A model generated the notes under the pieces. That model did not search any database and was not told the origin of the DNA. It saw only the letters and a program-made list of their open reading frames with translations. This document shows, in pieces, positions 1 through 12,000 of a stretch of 64,000 nucleotides of DNA. A program made the position numbers and the translations under genes. The DNA lies in the sequence record OR670491.1; one strand, 5' to 3'. The stretch's first letter is position 1, and the number at the start of each line of letters is the position of its first letter.

Positions 1-1
1 C

Positions 2-3000
2 TTTATCCCCATTAGCTAATGAATTATCTACTAACTTCATTTGACTTTGAGTTTGCACTGATTTCACTTGATAGAAGTATTTTTCATCATACTTATCTGT
101 TGTTGCACTAATATCGTTAGATACTTTTGCGTATGAAGGAATACTAATAATTGCTTGTCCATAGTTGTAAGGATTGATTAGAACCATACCTTCAACATGT
201 AAGCGACTATTGTCACGTAGCTGAACTTGAGCAGCAGTATCAAAGCCATATCCATCAATCGTTACTCTGATTTGACCGATATCACGTTCCGCTGGGTTCA
301 CATCACGAATATCAATGATATAAGGATCAACCTCATCGTCTTGTACTGACCATTTCATGGTAGCTGTTTGTGATTCTAGTGCTAGGTTATCGAAAGAGTT
401 CATATCATTATAATATTTCGCACCTTCAATACCGTCTAGTATTTGTTTATAATCAGAATACATTGGATTGTTAACATCTTGCGGTAAATCATCCAAATTG
501 ATTTCAGCTAAACTTACAGCCTGACCAGTTGTGATGTAGATATCTTCGATGAAATCGTCAATACTTTGATTACGTGGAATACTAACAAACGTATCATTTA
601 CTTTAGCATATACATATTTTCTAGGAATCATAGTGAATGCATAGTTTTGTACAGAATTATTACTTAGTACTTCTTCGGCAATTTCATAATTATTGGAAGC
701 ATCCTTGTTAAACAAGTTACGCATACCAGTTAATACATGAACTGCGTCGGTGTAATATCTTCTTACTTCAATTACAACTTCTTCACCATCTTCATCTTGA
801 ATTGTTTGTTCTTCCATGAACTTATACATGTAAACGCCGTATTCAACTTCTAGCTCAATTCTAACTTCCTCGTCACTGAACGCAGGATTTGCAGTTTTAA
901 TCAAATCAACATATTTCTTATACAATTCACTGGATACTTCATAATAACCTAAGTTATAATCAGTACTGCTTGCGAAACCAAACGGTAGACGAGTGCTTGG
1001 GTTGTCAGTGAAGGTCACTCCACTAAAACCACATCCAACTTCATCATGAATAACTTCATTACTAGCACCAGTGTACAGCTTCAATCGGTTAGAAAGAGTG
1101 TTGTACTGAACATAATGTTTAACATCGTCAAACACTTCGTTATTTGTCGCTTCTGCATAAATGCGGTGAAGATTTTGGGTAAATTCTTCAGTTAGTGCTA
1201 AGTTATCAGAATTTTCTTTATACCAATCGTTAATTGCTTTAGCAGCACCCATTGTAATATTCATACTTGGATATAGAATTTGCATTTGGTATGCAACTTG
1301 TAAATCTAAAGTTTCTGAATTATTTTCAGGGAAGGTATAAATGAATCTTTGTAACTCAAAATCACTGACTACATCTTTTTCGTTACTTTGATACTTGTTG
1401 TTAACTGCATTTAGTACATCTAGGCTTGCCAAATCTTCATTTGGTTTACACTGAATGTTGTCATAATGCATAATCACATCAATTTCTTGGAAACGTCTAT
1501 TTGGTGTTACAAAATCGCTTGGCAATGAACCAATTTGTTCCCATCTCTGAGTAACATCACTAAACTGTGCGTATTCATAGTCCCAAATATCTTTTTCAGT
1601 TTTAACCCAAGAACCATCAACAAGAATATAGCCATTTGGATCGAGGTCGTTGCATAATCCTTTGATAACATCATCATCTGATGTTTTCTGTTCAATCTGA
1701 GAACGAATCTTAGTTCTGTACGGTTTAACTTCTTCAAAGTACTCGACAATTTGATTAATCAAGTTATCGTTTGAATAGTTCTGTACAAGAGATTGCTCTA
1801 GACCAATAATATAAATGTAAGATGTTTTGAATACCCAGTCCACAACACCCTGTTCAACGTGAACATACTTAACCATATCAAATACTATTGTACTTTGATG
1901 TAAATCGAAAGAGTTTTTCAATAAAGCTAGTGCTTTACGAACGTTAATCTCTCTATTACTCAATGAACCACTTTCAGTTCTCACAGTATAATCAGCATAC
2001 AACATATCGTTCAATTCAATTGTACTGTTTTCACGTCCAATTGCTTTCCAATATATAGATTCACGTGATTCTGCTTTAATGTAAAGAGTCCATATACCAT
2101 CACTATCAGTAACACGAATTACATCACCGATTTGGTAGTTTTTAGCATTTGCATCATCTAAACTGTCTTCTTGTGTATAAGAAGTTGTGCTACTGTATCC
2201 TTCATCATACCAGTCGGCAAGATTCCAGTACTGAGTCATGTCTAGAGACGTTCCCAATGATTCTTCAAAGTCAGCGTGCTTGATCATTTTGTGTTGACCT
2301 TCACCACGGTTCTCTAATGTGATGGTAACGATGCTACCAGCACTAGATGGGCTATTCATTAGATGAATATAACCGTTAGCGTCAATGTGAACAAAATAAA
2401 CAGAGCTTGTGGTAAGTGGGGTCGGTAATGAGCCGCTTGTACTAACCAGTACTGCATCGTTTTCTTTGAACTTATCACTTTCTGGTGCAATTACTAACTC
2501 ACTATTGTAAGAAAGAACACGGAAAGCAACTTCATTTGGGTTAACTTCAGTTGTTTTAACGTTAAACACTTCAGCCATCACAACTGTATTAGTTGTCATG
2601 TTTTGTGAACGGTAAAAATCATTTGCACTGTCTACAAAAGTACGGCGAGCTTCAATAACATCTTGGAACCATGTTTTATTGGAACCTAAACCATTATCAA
2701 CGGCTGGATATAGCAAATCAATCACACTACCAGACTCGGTTGTTTCTTGGCCTCTTAAAGAGTTCCACATTGAATCCCAAATTGCACTATTGAAGTTATA
2801 ACTGTCACCTTCTTTACATAGTTGATATTGGTCATGTTTGACAACTTCAGTGTTATCCATATAATATGAAATAGTTAGAACACTTGTGTCATCATTCACT
2901 TCAAATTGCATATTGCTTAGAATAAATGAGCTTTCATTGATTGGTGCGAACCAAGGAATGTTTAATTGTGCTGGTTCTTCAATGATTCTCGCAATATCAG

Positions 3001-6000
3001 TACAAGACTTAGTTCTGGTATGTAGTGGTGGTACATAAATGGTATCACGTACCCAGAAATAGTATTTTGTAACATAAGAATCAGTTGCACTATCATATTC
3101 CAAAAATGCACTGTAGTTATCTTCCAAAGCAGTACCGCTCGGTAGATACATAGTGTTATTTTTGTTTTTCTTAGCCATATCTTTGCAATATGTTTCCCAG
3201 TTGTATGGTTCAACAGGTGAACATACCCATTCTAGGACATCAATCTTGCTATGTGGTAACAATTTACCCCAGTTGTAGCGTTTGTATTCATTTGTTGCTT
3301 CAACATCCACAACACCGTCTGCATCAAAGATTGGACGAGTATAATCCAAGTAGTATGCAGTACTTGTGTTCCACCAAACCTGACCAACTTTATCAGCACC
3401 CCATGCTTGCAGCAATTCACCATTGCTATTGTACTGAGCAGGGTCAACTGGAGTTGTGTAGTTCACGTTTTGCATTGCCACACCAGGGATAACACCGTTA
3501 ATCGGGTCAAACACGTTAAGGTATAGTGCAGTTACGTTTGTACGGTCATCATAAGTTGTTGGGCGGTCAAACAAGGTACTTTCTGGTGCTTTATAGCTAT
3601 ATTTCTTATCCATATACGCCTGACGGTCTGCGTCAGTACTGAAACGACTCTTATAACGATATAGTTTAGGTTGAGTATCAACATCAGTAAATGTAATGTC
3701 GATTGATGTATCAAACGGAACTACCATCACTTTAGGATCTGTACCAGCAGTGTAATATTGGCTTTCAACAGTTAATGAATCAGGCATAAAGTTTGTTTCA
3801 TCAACGAAATAATAGTATTCACCATCTACCAGTGGAATGTTATCGCTCAAAGTTACTTTACAGAATTGTTCTGCATATGGGTCGTTATTTTCGATAGGTG
3901 TAATACTTAACATCTTAACTTCAGTATCAACTAAATCAAAAATATCCCATAAACCATCAACATCTTTATACATCCATACAGATTCTGGGATTTCACCAGT
4001 TTTGTTCATATATTGAATACGGTCATCGTATGCAGTACTGAATTCTTTAGTGATATATGAAATTTCATCTAAAGAAACTGGGCCAATGTCTGGTAATTGA
4101 ATATTCTCACTTCTTCCACTACGCATAGGGAATGAGAATTTACCATTTGGACGTGTAACCCAACGTGGGTCTGCACCTTGTTCACCAAAGTAAACGATGT
4201 TATTACCGTTTCCATTTGATGTTGCATGAATATCAAAAGAAACTAGTTGTGGTTGTTGTTTAAACTGATCATTGATTAGTTTAAATTGTAGGTTTTTCTT
4301 ACCATCTACGTTACCGTAAGTACCGATTTTAAACGCCCATTCTTGAAGTGCTTTATACTCTTCAGTATCGTAAGACTTAGATACGCGTAATACTTTCTCT
4401 AGTACTTGATTCGAACCTTTATCATGAATAAAACCTTTATAGAAATCTACACGGTTAGCATCGCTACCAATCATACGTTGTAGATAATCACGGGTTTGAT
4501 ATCCAATAAGGTGGTTCGATAGTTCTTGTAATTGAATATCACTAACAGGAGTTTCGCTGTTGTAATACAATTCAAAATCAGTAACTAATTTTTCAAAGGA
4601 AGGTAATGTACCAGCTTCTAGAATGATGAATCCAGGAGCTTGTAGTCTACCAGTCCATGAACCAGTAATGTAACCATACATTTTAATTAGTTCTTGTACG
4701 GAACCGAATGTTGGTTGATAGATATAATCACCGAAGATAGTCTGGTCATCGAAAATAACAGCATGTTCATATGAGCATAGACTCAAACGGATTAGTGCCA
4801 TACGTTTATCCGAATCATCAGTTGTTCTTACAGTGAAGACGTTACCAATGCGAGATGTTTCAATCTCATATTGACGAATACCTTGGTTTTGATCATCAAG
4901 TAGTGACCATACACCACCGCTATTCTGTGCAATTGATTGTACTGAACCAAAATCTGCACCAAATTTAGCATTTGCTGAACTTGGAGTACAAGAAATGTAT
5001 TCACCACTCACAAGAGTACTTTGACTCCATGTTACGAAATCTTTAGCAATAGTATTCCAGTCTTGTTGAGCACCAGAATCGTTTACATCTTCAAAAATCC
5101 AACCATGTTCTTTTAGATACTCACCATAACCACAAATGAAAGTATATACTTCCTGATAAGTGTTGAATACTTTACCATATTCAATTTCACTTTCATTTTT
5201 CCATTCATTGTAATGAGCAACATTACGGGTTCCAATTTTTAGTGATACTTTCTTGCCGTTCTTAACTGGTAATTTATATTTGAATTTAGCACCAACCAAA
5301 TCATAACCATCAATTTGGTATGCACTACCAGTCCATGTAATTTTCACTGCACTAATTACTTCGTCACGAATATTACTGGAACGAACTAGTCCGATAGTTT
5401 GGTTTTCTTGTGAAATCAGACCAAAAGATTTTGCTGTAAATGTTAGTTGGTCAGCTTTAGTGAAGCCACCAATTTTATGTCCCACGTTAACGTAAGAAGA
5501 ACGAACAACATCACCATATTTTGTAGTAATATTTTTATTTTGATAAGCCAAATAGTCACTAACAAACATTTGATAGCCAACGGTTCTGGTATTATTTTCA
5601 CCATGAACTACTGTAGCACTGTCAAAGTTAATTCGTTTACGGGTTTCACCATAAAGGAACTGTGGTTGACCAGTATATACAGAATTTAGACTGTTATTAC
5701 GGGTATCCCAGTAATAGTTTGCGAACTGTGCTGGTTTAGCTTTATACAATAGAAGCATTTGGTCGTAAGCGAACATAGCAGTGTTCATGTAAGTGAATTC
5801 CATGTCACCCATGTCACCATATGACCACGGTTCAGCACGATGATTCAATGAACCACTAACTAGACCTAGAACTTCAGGAGCGATGTACTCAATCTCACAA
5901 ATATCGATACCAGTGCTTGTCTTAGAGCCTGTTTTTGTAATTTTGAACGGTTGTACACCGAAACGTTTGTATTTGTCGTATTGACCTTTACGTGCACCAT

Positions 6001-8998
6001 ATAGGATTGTACCAGTACTGCTATCACCAATGGTTCCGTCAACTGACCATAGGCCACTTGGAACATAATCACCATTTTCGTTTAGTACTAGAGCTTCATA
6101 TACAGCAACTGTATCACTTTCACGTTCACCAACCTGTACATATGTTGGTTCATACTCTTGGTTCCACCATGATGGACGTTGAGAGAATCCTAGCATTTCC
6201 CACGGATGGGTTGCTGGACGATATGTACCGTACTGATCAGTGTAAATTGCACGCCATGAACCACGAGCAGGAATATCAGATACATGACCATCAACTACAT
6301 AATTGGTTCCAGTATAGTTCCATGTTTTCCAGTTACTTTGGACATATGCATTAGTACTGTTACTAATACCGTTGGTAGCAGTAAAGTTAATGTATCCACG
6401 CAATAGTAGAGTTTGTTTCTCTGCCATCGTATAATCAGTTGTCTGGAAATACGGGGTTGGGAATAAATCTTCACTACTTAGTACTGGTTGATAATCTACA
6501 TCTTTGAATACGTTATCAATACTATCAAAAATACGAGATTCCAATTCAAACACAACATCATCCATTTTATCAACACCGTTAATTGCACGATATGATTTGG
6601 AAATAATACCAGTGTGGCTGATATTATAGAAGCTTGATTTGCTACCTGGATTTAGGTATGTAGCTTTTTGTGGTGCATAAGCTTGTAGAATACCTAAGAA
6701 TTGTGGTGTTGGTGGAACAAATGTACGAATAAAACCAGAAGTGCTTGCTACGTTGTCATAATAGAATGGGAATGAACTATCACGTCCCATGTTAATAGCA
6801 CTAAAAATTGCATCTACAATATTAGAAGCACTATTAGCAACAAAGCCACTTGGATCTTCGTCATACATACGAATCATTTGTGTATTGAATTTGTTAATGA
6901 AGCGGAAGTATTCTGCTTGCATAAACATGATAGCTTCAAACAAATCGATATCTTCGTTTGCAGTGTGAGCCATCAATGGAAGCATTGAAGCTTCGTTTTG
7001 AATAATGTGAGTACCGACACCATTATCAACCAACCCAGCAGCTAGACGTTCTTCGTAATCGTTGAAGTCATCAGATGAACCACTTGTAATATTCTTTTGA
7101 ATAATATCCTTGAAATGTAGGGTGTACATTCCTTGGTTGATATAAATGATATTACCGTTGTATGGGTTATTTTGTAAGTTGATTGGAATTTCATATGCAC
7201 CAAGATTCTTATCAGGAGTAATAGTACTGCTATAAGTTCTGATTTGAATAACTGAATCTTCATCTAGTGCAACAGTACTATCGATTGTAATACTTTGAAC
7301 TTGATTTTTGGACACGGTTTTGCTGAAGCTGTTGGTAACTACACCATCAACTGTTAGCTCAATAATGTCATCAGAATTATCAAGTACTTTCTGTGCCAAT
7401 TCAAATGTATGATTGTATTTTACACTTTGAACACCGTCGCCAGTGATAACGTGCCAATCAAGATATGTTTCTTTTTCTGCTTTGTAATATTGGTAAGTGC
7501 GATCCACTTCGATTACATAAGCATACATTCCATCAACTGGTGAACGGAAACTTTCTAGATCGTAAACAGTACTGAATACACGATACATGTCAGTACGGGT
7601 AACTTCTAGAGTTTGTTTAACGAACTGTTTGGAATATTCAGCAGAACGAACCCAGTCAGTTTTTAGGTGCATAGAATTGTCTTCACCGATGACGTTAAAA
7701 TAATACAAACCGTCAATCTCAACTTCTTCACCTAAATGATCATATGTATAACGTTCGGACTGTAGAAAGTTCTCATATGTATAATAGTTGTAATCACCTA
7801 ATTCGATGTTATAACCATATACACCATCAGTTGGATAGTTGTAGTTGATTTTAAATCCAAATAGAGAAGAACCTTTGAAAGTACTGGATGGATAAACGGC
7901 ACTATCGTTTAGTTTATTACCATTGCGATCATATAATTGGAATTGTGGGAAAAAGTTAACTGTAGGTTTGGCTTGTGCTTGAACCCAATGTGCACCATCC
8001 CAATACATTGAACTATTACCATAGGTATTACCTTTAGTAATTAGAACCACGTCACCTTTAATTGGTTCACCACTTGGACGGTCTTCAGTTTCTTCTTCAG
8101 GATCTAATGCTAGACCATATACGCGTGTACCATCTTGTAATTTTTTAATGTATACTTTATAAATTCGGTTATTCTCACCACTGTTACCAATACTGGTGAA
8201 GAGAATGCGTTGACCATCTTGTGGGATAATCCCGTCAATACGAATACCGGAGTTCACATCTTTTTGAACCATATCTTCTGGTTTGATGGTATCAGAGTAC
8301 AAATCAACTGTACCACGGAATTTAGTACCGTAGTTTAGAAGTTCGATATCTTTATTGAACTCGATAATAGGTGCTTTAGCACGAACGAAACGCTCATCCT
8401 GCATTAGATCTTGGGTTAGTACTGTACCATCCCCTAATGTTTCACCTAGAGTGTACCAGAAGTTTTGTAGGGACCATGTGTTGCCGTTAGTAGCATTACG
8501 TTCCATTACAACATAGTCTGGAGTTTGAATATTGTATTCGTTTTGTGTATCCCAAAGATATGAACTGTAGTTGTTCATTTTGTTTGGGTTAATAGCAGGT
8601 GTCCATGCGTAAAACTTACCAGCAAATAGGCGACTTTCATTATCAGTTAGTGCACCGTAATGATTCATGTAGCCAACGAGGTCATCATAAAATTGAATTG
8701 AACGAATACTGCGGTCATCATTTCTTGAGACGTAAGCAGTGGATAACTGATACAGTTGACGTGCAACTGTTGATTCAGCTAGGAAGATGTTACCTTCAGC
8801 GGCGGGAGAACCCATATCACCAATATAGCCGTCAACCAATTCGTTTTCAGCCGGATTAAACCATTGTTGAATGACATCATCACTTACCTTCTGAATGTCT
8901 TCTAGACCTTGCATCCATTCAGGTAATCTTTTGATGAAAAGTTTTTTCTGTACTGCTTCAGCCGTTTGTGTAGGTTGAAACTTAAAATTATTAGTCAT
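2..8998 (-). CDS. Giant virion structural protein (>2999 aa, probable baseplate wedge/tail component); 3' end lies beyond the left edge
   Basis: ATG at 8998 (MTNNFKFQPTQ...) with GGAG RBS and an ATAAATA late promoter at 9035-9041. The frame was spot-checked open at about 4320 (LQEWAFKIG) and at positions 2-31. It is absent from the ORF track, probably because no stop codon falls in the window. Directly downstream of the gp6-like gene. Confidence 0.75.
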   Translation of the reverse strand, partial: MTNNFKFQPTQTAEAVQKKLFIKRLPEWMQGLEDIQKVSDDVIQQWFNPAENELVDGYIGDMGSPAAEGNIFLAESTVARQLYQLSTAYVSRNDDRSIRSIQFYDDLVGYMNHYGALTDNESRLFAGKFYAWTPAINPNKMNNYSSYLWDTQNEYNIQTPDYVVMERNATNGNTWSLQNFWYTLGETLGDGTVLTQDLMQDERFVRAKAPIIEFNKDIELLNYGTKFRGTVDLYSDTIKPEDMVQKDVNSGIRIDGIIPQDGQRILFTSIGNSGENNRIYKVYIKKLQDGTRVYGLALDPEEETEDRPSGEPIKGDVVLITKGNTYGNSSMYWDGAHWVQAQAKPTVNFFPQFQLYDRNGNKLNDSAVYPSSTFKGSSLFGFKINYNYPTDGVYGYNIELGDYNYYTYENFLQSERYTYDHLGEEVEIDGLYYFNVIGEDNSMHLKTDWVRSAEYSKQFVKQTLEVTRTDMYRVFSTVYDLESFRSPVDGMYAYVIEVDRTYQYYKAEKETYLDWHVITGDGVQSVKYNHTFELAQKVLDNSDDIIELTVDGVVTNSFSKTVSKNQVQSITIDSTVALDEDSVIQIRTYSSTITPDKNLGAYEIPINLQNNPYNGNIIYINQGMYTLHFKDIIQKNITSGSSDDFNDYEERLAAGLVDNGVGTHIIQNEASMLPLMAHTANEDIDLFEAIMFMQAEYFRFINKFNTQMIRMYDEDPSGFVANSASNIVDAIFSAINMGRDSSFPFYYDNVASTSGFIRTFVPPTPQFLGILQAYAPQKATYLNPGSKSSFYNISHTGIISKSYRAINGVDKMDDVVFELESRIFDSIDNVFKDVDYQPVLSSEDLFPTPYFQTTDYTMAEKQTLLLRGYINFTATNGISNSTNAYVQSNWKTWNYTGTNYVVDGHVSDIPARGSWRAIYTDQYGTYRPATHPWEMLGFSQRPSWWNQEYEPTYVQVGERESDTVAVYEALVLNENGDYVPSGLWSVDGTIGDSSTGTILYGARKGQYDKYKRFGVQPFKITKTGSKTSTGIDICEIEYIAPEVLGLVSGSLNHRAEPWSYGDMGDMEFTYMNTAMFAYDQMLLLYKAKPAQFANYYWDTRNNSLNSVYTGQPQFLYGETRKRINFDSATVVHGENNTRTVGYQMFVSDYLAYQNKNITTKYGDVVRSSYVNVGHKIGGFTKADQLTFTAKSFGLISQENQTIGLVRSSNIRDEVISAVKITWTGSAYQIDGYDLVGAKFKYKLPVKNGKKVSLKIGTRNVAHYNEWKNESEIEYGKVFNTYQEVYTFICGYGEYLKEHGWIFEDVNDSGAQQDWNTIAKDFVTWSQSTLVSGEYISCTPSSANAKFGADFGSVQSIAQNSGGVWSLLDDQNQGIRQYEIETSRIGNVFTVRTTDDSDKRMALIRLSLCSYEHAVIFDDQTIFGDYIYQPTFGSVQELIKMYGYITGSWTGRLQAPGFIILEAGTLPSFEKLVTDFELYYNSETPVSDIQLQELSNHLIGYQTRDYLQRMIGSDANRVDFYKGFIHDKGSNQVLEKVLRVSKSYDTEEYKALQEWAFKIGTYGNVDGKKNLQFKLINDQFKQQPQLVSFDIHATSNGNGNNIVYFGEQGADPRWVTRPNGKFSFPMRSGRSENIQLPDIGPVSLDEISYITKEFSTAYDDRIQYMNKTGEIPESVWMYKDVDGLWDIFDLVDTEVKMLSITPIENNDPYAEQFCKVTLSDNIPLVDGEYYYFVDETNFMPDSLTVESQYYTAGTDPKVMVVPFDTSIDITFTDVDTQPKLYRYKSRFSTDADRQAYMDKKYSYKAPESTLFDRPTTYDDRTNVTALYLNVFDPINGVIPGVAMQNVNYTTPVDPAQYNSNGELLQAWGADKVGQVWWNTSTAYYLDYTRPIFDADGVVDVEATNEYKRYNWGKLLPHSKIDVLEWVCSPVEPYNWETYCKDMAKKNKNNTMYLPSGTALEDNYSAFLEYDSATDSYVTKYYFWVRDTIYVPPLHTRTKSCTDIARIIEEPAQLNIPWFAPINESSFILSNMQFEVNDDTSVLTISYYMDNTEVVKHDQYQLCKEGDSYNFNSAIWDSMWNSLRGQETTESGSVIDLLYPAVDNGLGSNKTWFQDVIEARRTFVDSANDFYRSQNMTTNTVVMAEVFNVKTTEVNPNEVAFRVLSYNSELVIAPESDKFKENDAVLVSTSGSLPTPLTTSSVYFVHIDANGYIHLMNSPSSAGSIVTITLENRGEGQHKMIKHADFEESLGTSLDMTQYWNLADWYDEGYSSTTSYTQEDSLDDANAKNYQIGDVIRVTDSDGIWTLYIKAESRESIYWKAIGRENSTIELNDMLYADYTVRTESGSLSNREINVRKALALLKNSFDLHQSTIVFDMVKYVHVEQGVVDWVFKTSYIYIIGLEQSLVQNYSNDNLINQIVEYFEEVKPYRTKIRSQIEQKTSDDDVIKGLCNDLDPNGYILVDGSWVKTEKDIWDYEYAQFSDVTQRWEQIGSLPSDFVTPNRRFQEIDVIMHYDNIQCKPNEDLASLDVLNAVNNKYQSNEKDVVSDFELQRFIYTFPENNSETLDLQVAYQMQILYPSMNITMGAAKAINDWYKENSDNLALTEEFTQNLHRIYAEATNNEVFDDVKHYVQYNTLSNRLKLYTGASNEVIHDEVGCGFSGVTFTDNPSTRLPFGFASSTDYNLGYYEVSSELYKKYVDLIKTANPAFSDEEVRIELEVEYGVYMYKFMEEQTIQDEDGEEVVIEVRRYYTDAVHVLTGMRNLFNKDASNNYEIAEEVLSNNSVQNYAFTMIPRKYVYAKVNDTFVSIPRNQSIDDFIEDIYITTGQAVSLAEINLDDLPQDVNNPMYSDYKQILDGIEGAKYYNDMNSFDNLALESQTATMKWSVQDDEVDPYIIDIRDVNPAERDIGQIRVTIDGYGFDTAAQVQLRDNSRLHVEGMVLINPYNYGQAIISIPSYAKVSNDISATTDKYDEKYFYQVKSVQTQSQMKLVDNSLANGDK

Positions 8999-9046
8999 TG
9001 TTGGACTCCATATAATTCGTTCATTCATTTGATTTATTTATGATAT

Positions 9047-9072
9047 AAAAAAGACGTTCCGAAGAACGCCTT
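9047..9072 (-). terminator. Intrinsic terminator after gp6-like gene
   Basis: Minus strand AAGGCGTTC-TTCG-GAACGTCTT followed by a T-run; UUCG tetraloop. Confidence 0.7.
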
Positions 9073-9079
9073 AAATGTA

Positions 9080-12000
9080 TTAAGAACCGATATTAATATT
9101 ACTCTTCGCCAAAGAGTTAACAATTTGTACGTTATCAACGGATGCAGTACTTAGGAAGATTTGGTCAGACCTTGAAGGAATTTCAAAGAGTGAACCAAAT
9201 TTGGAGTTAGGGTTTTTAGCCACAATAACGATAGTACTGATATGTCGTCCCAATTGGGAGTGAATGTAAGTACATAAATCCGTATAATAGAAGCTTTCAC
9301 CGAAATCCCAGTTATCAACGTTAAAGTATTCATTAGTTAATGATATTACATTCTGACGTACTTCATCATCACTCATTGTACTGTTAGGTAATTTGACAAC
9401 TTTAAAGTCTGCTTGATAATCTTCAACAGCACTATTTCCGAATAGTGGTAGATACTCCGCACTATGCCAGATGATACTATCGCTGATTACAATCTTCTCT
9501 TCAACTTCTTTGAAGATATCCTTCAACTCAACAGAGGTTGGTGGCTTAGGTAGGCTACTGGTAGCTCCATTCTTCAACCATACATCAACTTCAGTTTTGT
9601 ATGAGTTGGTTAAAACATACATATCGATTAAGTTCGTTCTACTTGGGTCAATACGGTTATCATCTGGTGCATAGTGCTTCCAATGGAAGTCAACGCTAGT
9701 TCTTGCATCAGTTTTTACTGTGTATTGAGACGTTACATCTATATATCCATAGTAATCTAATTTTTGGTCATCATCAACCGCAGTTCCCATGTTATTTAAT
9801 GCACGATAAAACGCAACTTCAGGTGAAACAGCACTGGCATCATCGCTGGTTGTCATATTGGAAATTAATTGGTTCAAACGGTCGTTATTATTACCAACAG
9901 TTTGTTCAATAAAGTAATATTTACCATCTACTTTAAAAGCAACCAAGAATCCTGAACCTTTACTATACAAACCACTTAGTGTAGTTGAACGAATTTCATT
10001 GTTACGCTGGAATTCATGACGCTTATAAGAGTTAGTTTCTAGAAGTGCCTGATCTACTGTGTAAGCCCATGAAGTATCAAGTAAAGTGAAAGTATCATTT
10101 GGTAATGACAGTACTGAAATGGTAAAATCATCGTTTTCTTGGAAAACTAAGATACCACCGTATTTTAATGCATCTTCACCAGTCCATGTAGGTACGATTT
10201 CATTGAACTTATTGGGTTCCAATGGAATACCATTACTATCAACTGTTTTAGATGTAATTACAACACGAGAGCCATCCAAATACCCATTTTCTTGTTGAAT
10301 TGTATCATAGATTTGGAAATCAATGTTACTAGACAACCCAGCATTGCTGGAACTGGTTGTATTTGAAGAAAGAATCTCAATTTTATCACTTTGAACTGTA
10401 CCACTACTAATATCAGTGATTTTCTTAGATGAAACAAAGTAAAAACGAACCTTATCACCACCAACAAAGATATATTCAACGCCGTTAGCATTAAATTCCC
10501 ATGTTTCAGCAGTATATTTCACATTTACTACAACTTGTGTTGTTACACCATTGTATTGTACGGTTTCTTCATTAGTACTAATCTCGATTGGAACCCATGA
10601 AGTTGTTGCGTTATCATGGATTATAACAAAATCCGTTTTCTTGTCAAGCATTGATGCAATCGCCTGTACTTCTACACTGTTAAAACGTGTACGGTACGGA
10701 AGAATGTAAGATTGTGCTTGCATTGTAGATGAAATCGATGTACTTAGAACATAATAACCATTATCAAGTACGTTTACGATACTAGCCCATACAGTTATAC
10801 CAGTATTTGCAAACTTAATCAAGGTTCCCACTTCATAATTTCCATAAACTGTACCAGATGCACCCAAAATACGACCATATGTGTTGGTTGCGTAGTTGGA
10901 ATTGTATTCAGGTGACCATTTTTGTTGAACTTCGATACCAACAGTGTTAGCTGGATATGCCTGATAACGTTGAATCACAGCATTTTCACCAATTAGTGGC
11001 TGGATGTTATCAACTGCGATACTTGCATTGGTTTTTGTAGTCGGTAAAAGTAATGAAGTGTTGAAAGTATTGTTTTCTTTATACATTGAACCGTCATCAC
11101 TAAACACATCAGTGTTTTGGTACTTACCAGTTGGGTCATTAATGTCAATAAAGCGTGATTGACCACTGTAAATTCGGTTAATTGCTTTTGATTTTAGAAC
11201 AGTGTTACCTAAACTCAATGGAGCAATGTTATAGTCTTCGCCGTTAACGAAACGGTTTTGAGTATAGTACATTTGTGGTGCACGAGCTTTAATTTGTTCA
11301 ATAGTTTCTGCACTTTGTGCTCGGTCTGATTCGTACTGAAGTGTAAATCTAACATCGAGAGTACTGGATTCGTAATTGGATTGTGATTTAGTACGATAAT
11401 TATATTTTACACTCTTATTTTGAATTTCAGAGGTTTTGATATTATATGTTTCACCATTACTAACACGATACCAAACGCGGAATGTACCACGAGGAACTAC
11501 ACCACTACGAGAGTCAGGGAACTTAATAGTAATCTGATCATTATCACGAGTAGTTATTGCAAAGATAGTTTTAAGTTGACGGTCAACGCTGTTGTATGCA
11601 ATACTTTCCATTGAAGGAACTTTAGTCCATTTAGTACGGACAATACCATCTTCGTTAATTTCTTGAACCCAAACGTCAATTTCGTTAATGTTATCTACGT
11701 TAACGTCTTGAATTCGGTTTTCTTCTCTGACATTATACTGATAATCTTGATAAGTCAATGTACCTTGTACAAAATAAACAAAGAAACCAGTGTTTGGTGA
11801 ACTAAAACCATTACCATCGTTCTGATAAACAATGTATTTTTGTTCTTGTGGCTCTGGATGACGTTCTTCAACACCAACTGATGTAATATCAGGGTTAACA
11901 ACTTCAAACGTCATTGATTCACCGTTGACAGTTGCAGAGAATGGCATACTAGGAGCAGTCATTGGTAATGTGTTCATGCGATACAATTGGCGAGATACAC

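Noticed and set aside
1507-8859. Short ORFs listed in the track across 1-9 kb
   Set aside because: They are off-frame or antisense shadows of the single giant minus-strand gene; no RBS and atypical composition.
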